Source of the DNA: Mycobacteriales bacterium
GTDB taxonomy: Bacteria; Actinomycetota; Actinomycetes; BP-191
Direction of reading: 5' to 3'
Assembly (NCBI GenBank): GCA_035645255.1
Contig: DASQMY010000313.1
Coordinates: forward strand, 1 to 33,921
Length of the DNA: 33,921 nt
The notes under the pieces were generated by a model that saw only the letters and a list, made by a program, of their open reading frames with translations, was not told where the DNA came from and made no database searches. Position 1 is the stretch's first letter. Each line of letters starts with the position of its first letter. Positions 9,621-17,810 of this stretch are shown here, in pieces. Made by a program: the position numbers and the translations under genes.

Positions 9621-10055
9621 GTGCCCGAGCCCGAGCCTGGTGACAGCGGCGGCGCGCTGCCCGGCGTACGGCTGACCCGGCAGCGCACCGCGGTCGCGGA
9701 GGTGCTCGACCGGGTGGACGGCTTCCGCAGCGCGCAGGAGCTGCACGACCTGCTCCGCCGCAGCGGCGAGGCGGTCGGCCTGACCACTGTCTACCGGCAC
9801 CTGCAGGCGCTGGTCGACGCCGGCCAGGTCGACGTGCTGCGGGTCGTCGACGGCGAGGCGATCTACCGCCGCTGCCCCACGCAGGACCACCATCACCACC
9901 TGGTCTGCCGGCTCTGCGGCCGCAGCGTCGAGATCGACGGGCCGGAGGTCGAGGCATGGGCGACCCGGATGGCCGGGGAGCACGGCTTCGTCGAGATCAG
10001 CCACAGCGTGGAGGTGTTCGGCACGTGCAGCGACTGCGCCAGCAGCCGGTCCTGA
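9621..10055 (+). CDS. zur: Fur-family zinc uptake regulator
   Basis: Start set at GTG 9621 (GAGGAG 8 nt upstream); the track gives TTG 9555. Winged-helix block LTRQRTAVAEVL...TTVYRHLQ, and metal sites HHHHLVCRLCG ... CSDC. Confidence 0.85.
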   Translation: MPEPEPGDSGGALPGVRLTRQRTAVAEVLDRVDGFRSAQELHDLLRRSGEAVGLTTVYRHLQALVDAGQVDVLRVVDGEAIYRRCPTQDHHHHLVCRLCGRSVEIDGPEVEAWATRMAGEHGFVEISHSVEVFGTCSDCASSRS

Positions 10056-10083
10056 GCACTTCAGTCCCAGGGAGCAGATCGGC

Positions 10084-10473
10084 ATGACCGACGGCACCGG
10101 CTTCCTCGCCGCCGTACCCGCTCTTCCGGTGTCCGACGAGCGAAGGGCGGTCGCCTTCTGGACCGGCGTCCTCGGCTTCACCGAGCTGATGGACGGCGAC
10201 CGAGGGCTAGGCATCCTGCGGCGGGACGCCGTGGAGGTGCACGTCTGGGTCGCCGACGGCAGCGCACCCGGCGCGGAGCGGCACCTGGCCGGCTCGGCGT
10301 CGTGCCGGCTTCGGGTCACCGGCATCGACGCGCTCTACGAGCGGTGCCTGCGCGCCGGGGTCGTGCACCCGAACGCTCCGCTGGCCGACAAGCCGTGGGG
10401 CACCCGGGAGTTCGGCGTGCTCGACCCGGACGGCAACCTCATCGGCCTGTACGAGCGGCCCGCGGGCGGGTAG
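10084..10473 (+). CDS. VOC-family (glyoxalase / bleomycin-resistance-like) protein
   Basis: 129 aa. PVSDERRAVAFWTGVLGF ... WGTREFGVLDPDGNLIGLYE is a typical VOC beta-alpha-beta-beta-beta pattern. Confidence 0.75.
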   Translation: MTDGTGFLAAVPALPVSDERRAVAFWTGVLGFTELMDGDRGLGILRRDAVEVHVWVADGSAPGAERHLAGSASCRLRVTGIDALYERCLRAGVVHPNAPLADKPWGTREFGVLDPDGNLIGLYERPAGG

Positions 10474-11011
10474 CCGGCCGACCGCCGGCGTCTGCGGTCG
10501 AGCGGGCGCGGTGCACGGTCACGTTGACGCGGGTCGCGCATCGGCGGGAGCAGTACGCCCGGCGCCCGTTGCGCGAGACGTCCACGAAGACGAGCTCGCA
10601 GCCGGGCGCGGCGCATCGGCCGAGCCGGTCCGGCCCCGCTTCGGTGAGCGCGATTGCCACGCCGGCCGCCGTGACCGCGCGCACGCGGGTGACGACGTCG
10701 GCGTTCTCGTCGGCGTAGTGCAGGTGCGGCGGCTGGCCGTCGTGGGTGGAGACGTACGGGCGGGTGGCGGTCTCCGCGAGCAGCGCGTTGACCACACCCA
10801 CCTGCACCTCGCCGGGTGGGGCGACGAAAGCCGCGCGAAGCCGGGAACGCCAGCCCATCACCTCGCGAAGCTGCATTGGGCTCAGCCGGGGGCGGCCGAC
10901 GCGGTGCTCCTCGAGCACCGACTCGACCTCCGAACGGCGGGCGTCGTCGCGCAGGTTGCACAGCGCCTCCGCCAGGAGCACGCCGTTCCCGCTGTAAGCG
11001 TTGAATTGCAT
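10439..11011 (-). CDS. CGNR zinc-finger domain protein (ABATE + zf-CGNR)
   Basis: Start at ATG 11011 (MQFNAYSGNG...). C-terminal CAAPGCELVFVDVSRNGRRAYCSRRCATRVNV is a CGNR-type zinc finger (here CATR). Its 3' end overlaps the VOC gene 3' end by 35 nt (convergent). Confidence 0.75.
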   Translation of the reverse strand: MQFNAYSGNGVLLAEALCNLRDDARRSEVESVLEEHRVGRPRLSPMQLREVMGWRSRLRAAFVAPPGEVQVGVVNALLAETATRPYVSTHDGQPPHLHYADENADVVTRVRAVTAAGVAIALTEAGPDRLGRCAAPGCELVFVDVSRNGRRAYCSRRCATRVNVTVHRARSTADAGGRPATRPRAARTGR

Positions 11012-11036
11012 TAGATCATTACAGCACGATCGGCAC

Positions 11037-11162
11037 ATGACCGACTGCACCTTCGTGACGGTGTCCGCGCACCGGACCTCCCGCGGCGTCGTGCGCTACC
11101 AGCGGTGCCACTGCGGCCGGGTGCGCATGCTGCTGGACCGCGACGTGCTGGCCGTACGGTGA
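11037..11162 (+). CDS. candidate 41-aa Cys/His mini-protein
   Basis: ATG at 11037, TGA at 11160-11162. MTDCTFVTVSAHRTSRGVVRYQRCHCGRVRMLLDRDVLAVR. 40 of 41 sense codons end in G/C, as in real genes here. Below the ORF-track size cutoff. No clear SD. Confidence 0.45.
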   Translation: MTDCTFVTVSAHRTSRGVVRYQRCHCGRVRMLLDRDVLAVR

Positions 11163-11176
11163 CACGCGTCGCCGCG

Positions 11177-11671
11177 TCACGGCTCCAGCGGTGCGACGAG
11201 CTCGCGAAGCAGCGCGCTGAGCTGGCGTTGCTTCGCCGGCGAGAGGTGGACGAGCAGCTGCTGCTGCCGCTCGAGCCCCGCGGTCACCGCCTTGTCGACG
11301 AGCGCCCGGCCGCGCGGGGTCAGGCCGACCACCACTCCCCGCCGGTCGTTTGGGTCCGGTCGGCGCTTGACCAGCCCGGCCTTCTCCAGCCGGTCGAGTC
11401 GAGCCGTCGTCCCGCCGGTGCTGATCATCATCGACGCCGAGAGCGCACCCGCGGACAGCTCGTACGGCGGACCGCTGCGCCGCAGCGTCGCCAGCACGTC
11501 GAACTCCGGCCGGCCGATCCCGAACTCGCCGTAGATCCGCTCCATCTCGTCGCCGACCAGCCGTGCAAGCCGGAACACCCGGCCGAAGATCGCCATCGCC
11601 GCCGTGTCGAGCTCCGGGCGCTGCTCCGCCCACTGCTCGACGATCCGGTCCACACCGTCCGCTGCCGCCAT
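11177..11671 (-). CDS. MarR-family transcriptional regulator
   Basis: 164 aa. Winged-helix block LSASMMISTGGTTARLDRLEKAGLVKRRPDPNDRRGVVVGLTPRG. Confidence 0.85.
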   Translation of the reverse strand: MAAADGVDRIVEQWAEQRPELDTAAMAIFGRVFRLARLVGDEMERIYGEFGIGRPEFDVLATLRRSGPPYELSAGALSASMMISTGGTTARLDRLEKAGLVKRRPDPNDRRGVVVGLTPRGRALVDKAVTAGLERQQQLLVHLSPAKQRQLSALLRELVAPLEP

Positions 11672-11682
11672 CCGGTCATTAT

Positions 11683-11754
11683 CTCGACGGCAAGCATCTT
11701 GACAACGAACGAGCGCGCCGCAACCATCTCGATGTCAAGATACTTTACGTCGAG
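11683..11754. promoter_or_regulatory. nested inverted repeat, candidate MarR operator in the marR/eamA divergent region
   Basis: CTCGACG(11683-11689)-N6-ATCTTGACA(11696-11704) ... TGTCAAGAT(11733-11741)-N6-CGTCGAG(11748-11754). Both arm pairs are perfect reverse complements. Each 9-mer contains TTGACA. Confidence 0.45.
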
Positions 11755-11763
11755 GAGCCTCCG

Positions 11764-12801
11764 ATGCGCAGGTCGCCGCACGCCGTACTGCTGGTCACAG
11801 CACTCACGCCGATGGTGTGGGGGACGACGTACGTCGTGACCACAGAGATGCTGCCGCCCGGTCGTCCGCTGCTGGCCGGTGTGCTCCGTGCGCTGCCCGC
11901 CGGTCTCCTGCTGCTGGCGCTGACCCGCCGCCTCCCCAGCGGCGACTGGTGGTGGCGCGCGCCGGTGCTCGGGACGCTGAACATCGGAGCGTTCTTCGCG
12001 CTGCTGTTCGTCGCGGCGTACCGGCTGCCGGGTGGCGTGGCAGCCGTCCTCGGTGCTGCGCAACCGCTGCTGGTCGCCGGGTTGTCAGTCGTCCTGCTCG
12101 CCGAGCGGGTGCCACCACGCGCGGTGCTCGGCGCGGTTGCCGGAGCGGCGGGGGTCGCACTCACGGTCCTCAACGCGCAGGCGCGCCTCGACCCCCTGGG
12201 CGTGCTGGCCGGGATCGGCGGAGCGGCGTCGATGGCGCTCGGCGTCGTGCTGACGAAGCGCTGGGGACGCCCCGCGTCGCTGTTGACGTTCACCGGGTGG
12301 CAGCTCACCGCGGGCGGGCTGATGCTGCTGCCGTTGGCGCTCGCCGTCGAAGGCCTGCCCCGGTCGGTGTCCGCAGCCAACGTCGGCGGCTACGCCTACC
12401 TCTCCCTGGTCGGCACCGCCGTCGCCTACACCGTCTGGTTCCGCGGGATCGAACGGCTCCCCGCGCCGGCGGTCTCGCTGCTCGGTCTCCTCTCGCCGGT
12501 CGTTGCAACCGCGATCGGCTGGGGCTTGCTCGGGCAGCGACTCACGCTCCTGCAGCTCGGCGGGATGGCGCTGGCGCTCGGCGGCGTCGTACTCGGGCAG
12601 ACGGCGCGCTACGGGTCAGGCCGGCACGCGGATCGTGAGCGCAGCCGGGACGACCTCGACGTTGAGCCGGGTGACGTCGCCGGCAGGGTCGCCGTCGACC
12701 TCGTGCGGCACCGGGTACCGGGCCTCGACCTCCAGCGTCCGGAACTGCAGCCGGTTCAGCCGCTGGTCCTCGCGGGCGTGCCGGGTGGCGAGCCGCACTA
12801 G
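11764..12801 (+). CDS. EamA/DMT-family transporter
   Basis: ATG at 11764 preceded by GAGGAG. About 10 hydrophobic helices and two EamA-like halves. The last ~60 codons are non-hydrophobic and overlap the convergent lipid-kinase gene. Confidence 0.75.
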   Translation: MRRSPHAVLLVTALTPMVWGTTYVVTTEMLPPGRPLLAGVLRALPAGLLLLALTRRLPSGDWWWRAPVLGTLNIGAFFALLFVAAYRLPGGVAAVLGAAQPLLVAGLSVVLLAERVPPRAVLGAVAGAAGVALTVLNAQARLDPLGVLAGIGGAASMALGVVLTKRWGRPASLLTFTGWQLTAGGLMLLPLALAVEGLPRSVSAANVGGYAYLSLVGTAVAYTVWFRGIERLPAPAVSLLGLLSPVVATAIGWGLLGQRLTLLQLGGMALALGGVVLGQTARYGSGRHADRERSRDDLDVEPGDVAGRVAVDLVRHRVPGLDLQRPELQPVQPLVLAGVPGGEPH

Positions 12802-13542
12802 GACGCGGGCCCAGTCGAAGAGCGACCGCGGTGACATCAGGACGAGGTCGAGCTTGCCATCGCTCGGGTCGGCCGCCGGCAGCAGCGCCGCACCAGCCTG
12901 CAGCTCGCCGACGTTGCCGATGACCAGGACCTGCGCGTGCCGCGCGATCCACTGCCCGCCATCGATGCGCAGCCGCAGCCGCATCTGCGGGTCGTAGAGG
13001 TGCTTGGCACCCGAGACGATGTACGCGGGCCAGCCGAAGCGCTTCTTCAGCTCCGGGTTGGCGTCGCGCACCATGGCAGCGTCCAGGCCGAGTCCCGCCA
13101 TGGTGACGAAGTAGGTCTCCTCGGTACGTCCGAGGTCGAGCTGCTGGTCCCGGCCCGAGACGACCACGTCGAGCGCTGCCGACTGGTCGACAGGGATGCC
13201 GAGGTTGCGAGCGAGCAGGTTGCCCGTCCCGGTGGGCACGACGGCCAGCGGTACGCCCGTCCCCGCCATCGCGACGGCCACCGCGCGCACGGTCCCGTCG
13301 CCGCCGACGACCACGACGAGGTCCGCGTCGTCGGCGATCGCGTGCTTCGCCAGTCCGCTCCCCGGCTCGTCGCAAGTCGTCTCGGCGAACTCCGGCGCCG
13401 GCCACCCGGCCCGTTCGAACGCCGACTCGACCAGGCCGCGAAACGCAGGAACGTCGACCGTCTCGGGGTGGACGACCACGACCGGGTGCCGGGGCACGCT
13501 GTCCGCGAGCGGTGCGACGGGCGACGTCCCGGTGCTGCTCAC
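12616..13542 (-). CDS. diacylglycerol-kinase-family lipid kinase (DAGK_cat / LCB5-like)
   Basis: VVVVGGDGTVRAV, PLAVVPTGTGNLLARNLG, and a C-terminal EVDGDP block. Start tentatively GTG 13542 (308 aa); the track ORF extends to 13689. Confidence 0.75.
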   Translation of the reverse strand: MSSTGTSPVAPLADSVPRHPVVVVHPETVDVPAFRGLVESAFERAGWPAPEFAETTCDEPGSGLAKHAIADDADLVVVVGGDGTVRAVAVAMAGTGVPLAVVPTGTGNLLARNLGIPVDQSAALDVVVSGRDQQLDLGRTEETYFVTMAGLGLDAAMVRDANPELKKRFGWPAYIVSGAKHLYDPQMRLRLRIDGGQWIARHAQVLVIGNVGELQAGAALLPAADPSDGKLDLVLMSPRSLFDWARVLVRLATRHAREDQRLNRLQFRTLEVEARYPVPHEVDGDPAGDVTRLNVEVVPAALTIRVPA

Positions 13543-13688
13543 GCGTCGCCTCTCGTCTCCTGATGCGGTCGAGACCCGGCGTACCCGTCGGTCCGCATTC
13601 GTAAGCGCGAGGCGACAACCGTGCTGAGCCGACCCGTCGGAGGCATCGACAGCGCGACGGTGCAGCCAGCCGTTTGCGGATGTCGTCA

Positions 13689-14380
13689 CGGGTGCGCGGA
13701 TGATCGTGGCTGTCGATGTAGAAGTCGAACCGTCCGACGGTGCGCTCGTCGGTCAGCGAGCGGATCAGTGCCCAGTCGTACGCGTCATCCCGGCTGCCGC
13801 AGGTGGTAGGGCGGCGGAAAGAAGCAGTCCCCGAGGAGCAGCACGCCCGAGTCGGGTACCGCGACGACCGTGGAATCCGGGCTGTGCCGGCCGCCGACGT
13901 GGCGGACCTCGATCCCTCCCGGCAGCGTCAGCGCGTCGTCGAACTCGGTGTGCGGCGGCACGACGGCGAAGCCGTCCCGGGACGTCATCGCTCGGGCCCG
14001 GGCGTGGAAGCTCGGTTCGAGCCGGGGATCCGCCGCCGCCTGCTCACGCAGGTACTCGTGCCCCCACGGCCGTCGGGCCTCCGCCTCGAGGAGGCGGGCA
14101 CCGGCCGAGTGTCCGATGACCTGCACCTCCGGCCAGGCGCACGCTCCCCAGTCGTGGTCCCAATGGTGATGGGTGTAGACCAGCCTGTGCGGGGCCGGCA
14201 GGCCCTCGGCCTCGATGGCCGCGCTGATGCGCCGCGCGGCGGCCGGGCTGTGGCCGGCGTCGACCAGAACGCTGCCGGCATCATCGGCGATGACCGCGAC
14301 CCCACCTGAATGTTGCTGAGATCCTCGTCGTGCGGATACCACCACACCCGACCGGTCAGGTGGCGCAACGATCCTGGCAT
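13689..14380 (-). pseudogene. MBL-fold metallo-hydrolase interrupted by at least two frameshifts (or homopolymer sequencing errors)
   Basis: Three pieces. N-terminus MPGSLRHLTGRVWWYPHDEDLSNIQ starts at ATG 14380 in one frame. The core GGVAVIADDAGSVLVDAG...THHHWDHDWG...GGRHSPDS...LLGDCFFPPPYHLRQPG is in a second frame (track ORF 13785..14345). The plausible continuation DDAYDWALIRSLTDERTVGRFDFYIDSHDHP returns to the first frame. Shifts map near 14298-14310 (CCCCACC run) and 13785-13795 (TCCCGG run). The 3' end is undefined. Confidence 0.6.
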
Positions 14381-14480
14381 CGCCGCACCGTGCCGCGACG
14401 AGCGGGGCAGCATGCGGCGCCGCTGCACCCGCGACTACTGAGTCGACGTGCGGCCGCTGTCCTGGTGACCCGGGCCTCGT

Positions 14481-16772
14481 CTAGCCGGACGGGGCCATGT
14501 CGACGAACCGGCTGTAGTGGCCTTGGAACGCAACGGTGATCGTGTCGGTCGGGCCGTTGCGATGCTTGGCGACGATGAAGTCGGCCTCGCCGGCCCGGGG
14601 CGACTCCTTCTCGAACGCATCTTCGCGGTAGAGCAGCACGACCATGTCGGCGTCCTGCTCCAGCGAGCCGGACTCGCGCAGGTCGGAGATCTGCGGCTTC
14701 TTGTCCGCGCGCTGCTCCGGCCCGCGGTTGAGCTGGCTGATCGCGACGACCGGTATCTCCAGCTCCTTGGCCAGCAGCTTGAGGGAACGGGAGATCTCGC
14801 TGACCTCCTGCTGCCGGTTCTCGACCTTGCGCGGCGAGCTCATCAGCTGCATGTAGTCGAGGACGATCAGCTTGAGGTCGTGCCGCTGCTTGAGCCGCCT
14901 GGCCTTGGCGCGGATCTCCATCATCGTCATGTTGGGCGAGTCGTCGATGAACAGCGGCGCACTCGCCACCTCGCCCATCCGCCGCGCGAGCCGCGCCCAG
15001 TCGTCGTCGCTCATCCGGCCGGTGCGCATGTTCTGCAGGTGCACCCGCGCCTCGGCGGACAGCAGGCGCATGGTGATCTCGTTGCGGCTCATCTCCAGCG
15101 AGAAGATCACCGACGCCATGTTGTGCTTGATCGATGCGGCGCGCGCGAGGTCGAGCCCCAGCGTCGAGTTGTGGGTCGGAATCATCGACCGGCTGGCGAG
15201 ATAGAGATGGTCGGCGTTGTCCACCTCGATGCAGCGCACCGGGACACTAGCCACCCACCGGGCCGCGGTGATGAACCGGACCGCCGCCGGCTGCACACCG
15301 CGTGCGGCGTGCTCCTTGTGCAGCAGGGCTTTCCGCTCGAGCCGGAAGACCTGGTCGTCGGTGCTGAAGGCCGCGACGTACTGCGTCGGCTGCCCGTGCG
15401 CCGTCCCACCGACCTGCGCGAGCGATGCGATCCCACAGTGGTAGCCGAGGCTCAGCACCAGCTCGCGGACGTCCGCGAGGAACCTCCAGCTCGGCGAGGC
15501 GACCTCGACCGCTCCGGACGCGGCGGGATCACCAGCGACATCGAGCAGACCCGCGAGCAGCTCGCGCCGCTGGCGCTCGGACGCACGCAGGTAGGGCGAC
15601 GGGATGTGGTCCGTCGACCGCTCGCCGAGTGCCTCGAGCAGCGCGTCGTAGCTGCCGCCGACATAACCGGCCGCCTCGATCCGGATCACGATCTCGGGGT
15701 CGCACGCGACGCCGGCCGACTGACCAGCCGCGAGGAAAGCACCGACGGCATATGGCGGGACGAGCAGCTCGCGGTCGTCCAGATCGAGCGCGGCTGTCAA
15801 CGGGACGGCATGGTTGAGAACGCCTGCCGTGCCGGCCCGCTCGATCGTCGCCGCGATCTGCTCGGTGGTCCGGACGGCCGTGCTGGTGAGCCACTGGTGC
15901 TGCGCGTCGGCGACGATCACCGTGCCGTCGGAGAACTCGACCTCGTAGCAGGGCCGAGCGGTCATGACATCGGTCGCTGCGACCACGCGGGTCGGCCGTC
16001 CGTCCGCGCCAAGAACGAGATCGCCGACTGCGACCTCCCCCATCGTCGTCCAGCCGTCGGGCGTCGGCAGCGGCGTATCGAGTGCGAGCGCCTTACCGAC
16101 AGCCGGGCGCGCCGCGACGATGATCAGCTGCCCCGGGTGCAGTCCATTCGTCAGCCGGTCGAGATCGGCGAAACCCGTTGGTACGCCGGCCATCGTGCCG
16201 TCACGACTCGAGATCGACTCGATCTCGTCGAGCGTCGGCTGGAGCAGCTCCTCGAGCCGGATGAAGTCCTCGGTGGTCCGCTGCTCGGTGACGTCGTAGA
16301 TCGCCTGCTGCGCGCGGTCTACGACGTCGTCGACGTCGGCGCCGCGGCCGGCGTAACCGAGCTGGACGATGTGGGTGCCGGCCTCGACGAGGCGGCGCAG
16401 GATGGCCTGCTCATTGACGATCTTGGCGTAGTAGCCGGCGCTGGCTGCGGTCGGCACGGCGGACACCAGCGTGTGCATGTAGGGCGCGCCGCCGATGCGC
16501 TGCAGCTGCCCGAGCCGCTGCAGCTCGGCAGCGACGGTGACTGCGTCAACCGGCTCGCCGCGACCGTAGAGGTCGATCACGACGTCGTAGACGAGTGAGG
16601 GGTTGGGCCGGTAGAAGTCGACGGAGCGGAGCGTCTCGACGACGTCGGCGATGGCGTCCTTGCTGAGCAGCATGCTGCCCAGCACGCACTGCTCGGCCTC
16701 GATGTTCTGCGGCGGCGTGCGCTCGAACTCCGTCGACGGCGCCGACGCCTGATGCACGAGGTCGATTGCCAC
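14481..16772 (-). CDS. dnaB: replicative DNA helicase DnaB precursor (227-aa N-extein + 308-aa intein + 228-aa C-extein)
   Basis: Start GTG 16772 (VAIDLVHQ...[16 protein letters not shown]). Walker A is split as ARPAVGK | intein | STLGLDLA. Downstream: Walker [11 protein letters not shown], and [23 protein letters not shown]. The track ORF 14481..17450 is over-extended 5'. Confidence 0.9.
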   Translation of the reverse strand: MAIDLVHQASAPSTEFERTPPQNIEAEQCVLGSMLLSKDAIADVVETLRSVDFYRPNPSLVYDVVIDLYGRGEPVDAVTVAAELQRLGQLQRIGGAPYMHTLVSAVPTAASAGYYAKIVNEQAILRRLVEAGTHIVQLGYAGRGADVDDVVDRAQQAIYDVTEQRTTEDFIRLEELLQPTLDEIESISSRDGTMAGVPTGFADLDRLTNGLHPGQLIIVAARPAVGKALALDTPLPTPDGWTTMGEVAVGDLVLGADGRPTRVVAATDVMTARPCYEVEFSDGTVIVADAQHQWLTSTAVRTTEQIAATIERAGTAGVLNHAVPLTAALDLDDRELLVPPYAVGAFLAAGQSAGVACDPEIVIRIEAAGYVGGSYDALLEALGERSTDHIPSPYLRASERQRRELLAGLLDVAGDPAASGAVEVASPSWRFLADVRELVLSLGYHCGIASLAQVGGTAHGQPTQYVAAFSTDDQVFRLERKALLHKEHAARGVQPAAVRFITAARWVASVPVRCIEVDNADHLYLASRSMIPTHNSTLGLDLARAASIKHNMASVIFSLEMSRNEITMRLLSAEARVHLQNMRTGRMSDDDWARLARRMGEVASAPLFIDDSPNMTMMEIRAKARRLKQRHDLKLIVLDYMQLMSSPRKVENRQQEVSEISRSLKLLAKELEIPVVAISQLNRGPEQRADKKPQISDLRESGSLEQDADMVVLLYREDAFEKESPRAGEADFIVAKHRNGPTDTITVAFQGHYSRFVDMAPSG
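15168..16091 (-). mobile_element. intein in the DnaB P-loop, class 3 signature, decayed LAGLIDADG region
   Basis: 308 codons, from Ala1 ([14 protein letters not shown]) to ...SMIPTHN, followed by Ser+1. Block [10 protein letters not shown] (Trp), block [15 protein letters not shown] (Cys), block G PTHN (Thr-His-Asn). Central [12 protein letters not shown] and [11 protein letters not shown] are LAGLIDADG-like. Removing it restores GKS in Walker A. Reading frame and residue counts checked (227+308+228=763). Confidence 0.85.
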
Positions 16773-17144
16773 CGACGTGCTACCTCGCTTCCCCGCTCGT
16801 GCTCGCCGATCGAGCTCTCTTGGAGTTGTATCGGCGACGTCCGACAATCCCGGCCACGCCGCTGCGCACCTGTGGAATCCCTGGAGTCGCCTCAACCTAG
16901 GAACGCGCCGCCGTCGCCACAAGCAGCCCGGTGGACGGCGCTGTGCACGACCTGTGGGCCGGGTGGGGACTGCGCGGCGCGCCGCTGTGCACGCACGCGC
17001 AACGTCTGTGGACGCGGGCGCGAACGGACCGCCGGACAGGCGGGGAACAGCACGCCGCGCCGTCCACCGCCTGGGGACAACAAAAAGAACGTCGGTGGTG
17101 GCCGGCAGACTCGGTCGTACGCCAGCTTCACTATCCTCTCCCCC

Positions 17145-17804
17145 ATGCGCCTGGTCATCGCCCGCTGCAGCGTCGACTACGTCGGCCGGCTGACCGCCCA
17201 CCTGCCGATGGCGACCCGGCTGCTGCTGGTCAAGGCCGACGGCTCGGTGTCCGTCCATGCCGACGACCGCGCCTACAAGCCGTTGAACTGGATGAGCCCG
17301 CCGTGCTGGCTCGCCGAGGCGGACGGTGTTTGGCGCGTGACCAACAAGTCCGGCGAGGAGCTGGTGGTCAGGATCGAGGAGGTGCTGCACGACTCGCGGC
17401 ACGAGCTCGGCGTCGACCCCGGTCTGCAGAAGGACGGCGTCGAGGCGCACCTCCAGGAGCTGCTCGCCGAGCGGTGCGAGGTGCTCGGTGACTGCTGGAC
17501 GCTGATCCGCCGCGAGTATCCCACCGACATCGGACCGGTCGACCTGCTCTGCCGGGACGCCGACGGCGCCAAGGTCGCCGTCGAGATCAAGCGCAAGGGC
17601 GAGATCGACGGCGTCGAGCAGCTGTCCCGCTACGTCGAGCGGCTGGGCCGCGACCCGCTGCTCGCACCGGTCCGCGGCGTCCTCGCGGCGCAGCAGTTCA
17701 CCCCGCAGGCCCGCGTGCTGGCGGAGGCGCGCGGCATCACCTGCGTGACGCTGGACTACGACGAGCTGCGCGGCATCGAGTCGAGCACGCTGCGACTGTT
17801 CTGA
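17145..17804 (+). CDS. nucS: endonuclease NucS (EndoMS, mismatch-specific)
   Basis: [21 protein letters not shown]..., 219 aa. C-terminal nuclease block [30 protein letters not shown]. Real start ATG 17145 lies inside track ORF 16752..17804. Confidence 0.9.
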   Translation: MRLVIARCSVDYVGRLTAHLPMATRLLLVKADGSVSVHADDRAYKPLNWMSPPCWLAEADGVWRVTNKSGEELVVRIEEVLHDSRHELGVDPGLQKDGVEAHLQELLAERCEVLGDCWTLIRREYPTDIGPVDLLCRDADGAKVAVEIKRKGEIDGVEQLSRYVERLGRDPLLAPVRGVLAAQQFTPQARVLAEARGITCVTLDYDELRGIESSTLRLF

Positions 17805-17810
17805 CCGCCG

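Noticed and set aside
13985-14428. 147-aa ORF treated as an independent gene
   Set aside because: Only its first ~30 residues after the ATG at 14380 look protein-like, and they match an MBL N-terminus. The rest is the out-of-frame shadow of the MBL core. It is interpreted as part of the frameshifted MBL gene.
16089-16091. Possibility that the intein boundary is mis-set and a canonical Cys1/Ser1 nucleophile exists
   Set aside because: There is no Cys or Ser within several residues of the junction (…[16 protein letters not shown]…). Excising exactly Ala1..Asn308 restores the DnaB Walker A GKS/T. The Trp/Cys/Thr triplet independently fits a class 3 intein.
16773-17450. 5' extension of the dnaB ORF in the track (989 aa). 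Analogous extensions occur in 6982..8394, 18110..19693, 19201..20298, 27091..29379, 29891..31528, 16752..17804 and 11563..12801
   Set aside because: The extensions are low-complexity and overlap neighbouring genes or promoters. Internal start codons give proteins of canonical length with stop/start overlaps (ATGA/GTGA) or SD sequences.
17145-17804. NucS nuclease as part of a restriction or defence locus
   Set aside because: The sequence and length match the conserved actinobacterial mismatch-repair NucS/EndoMS. The neighbours are dnaB and metabolic or signalling genes, not defence genes.
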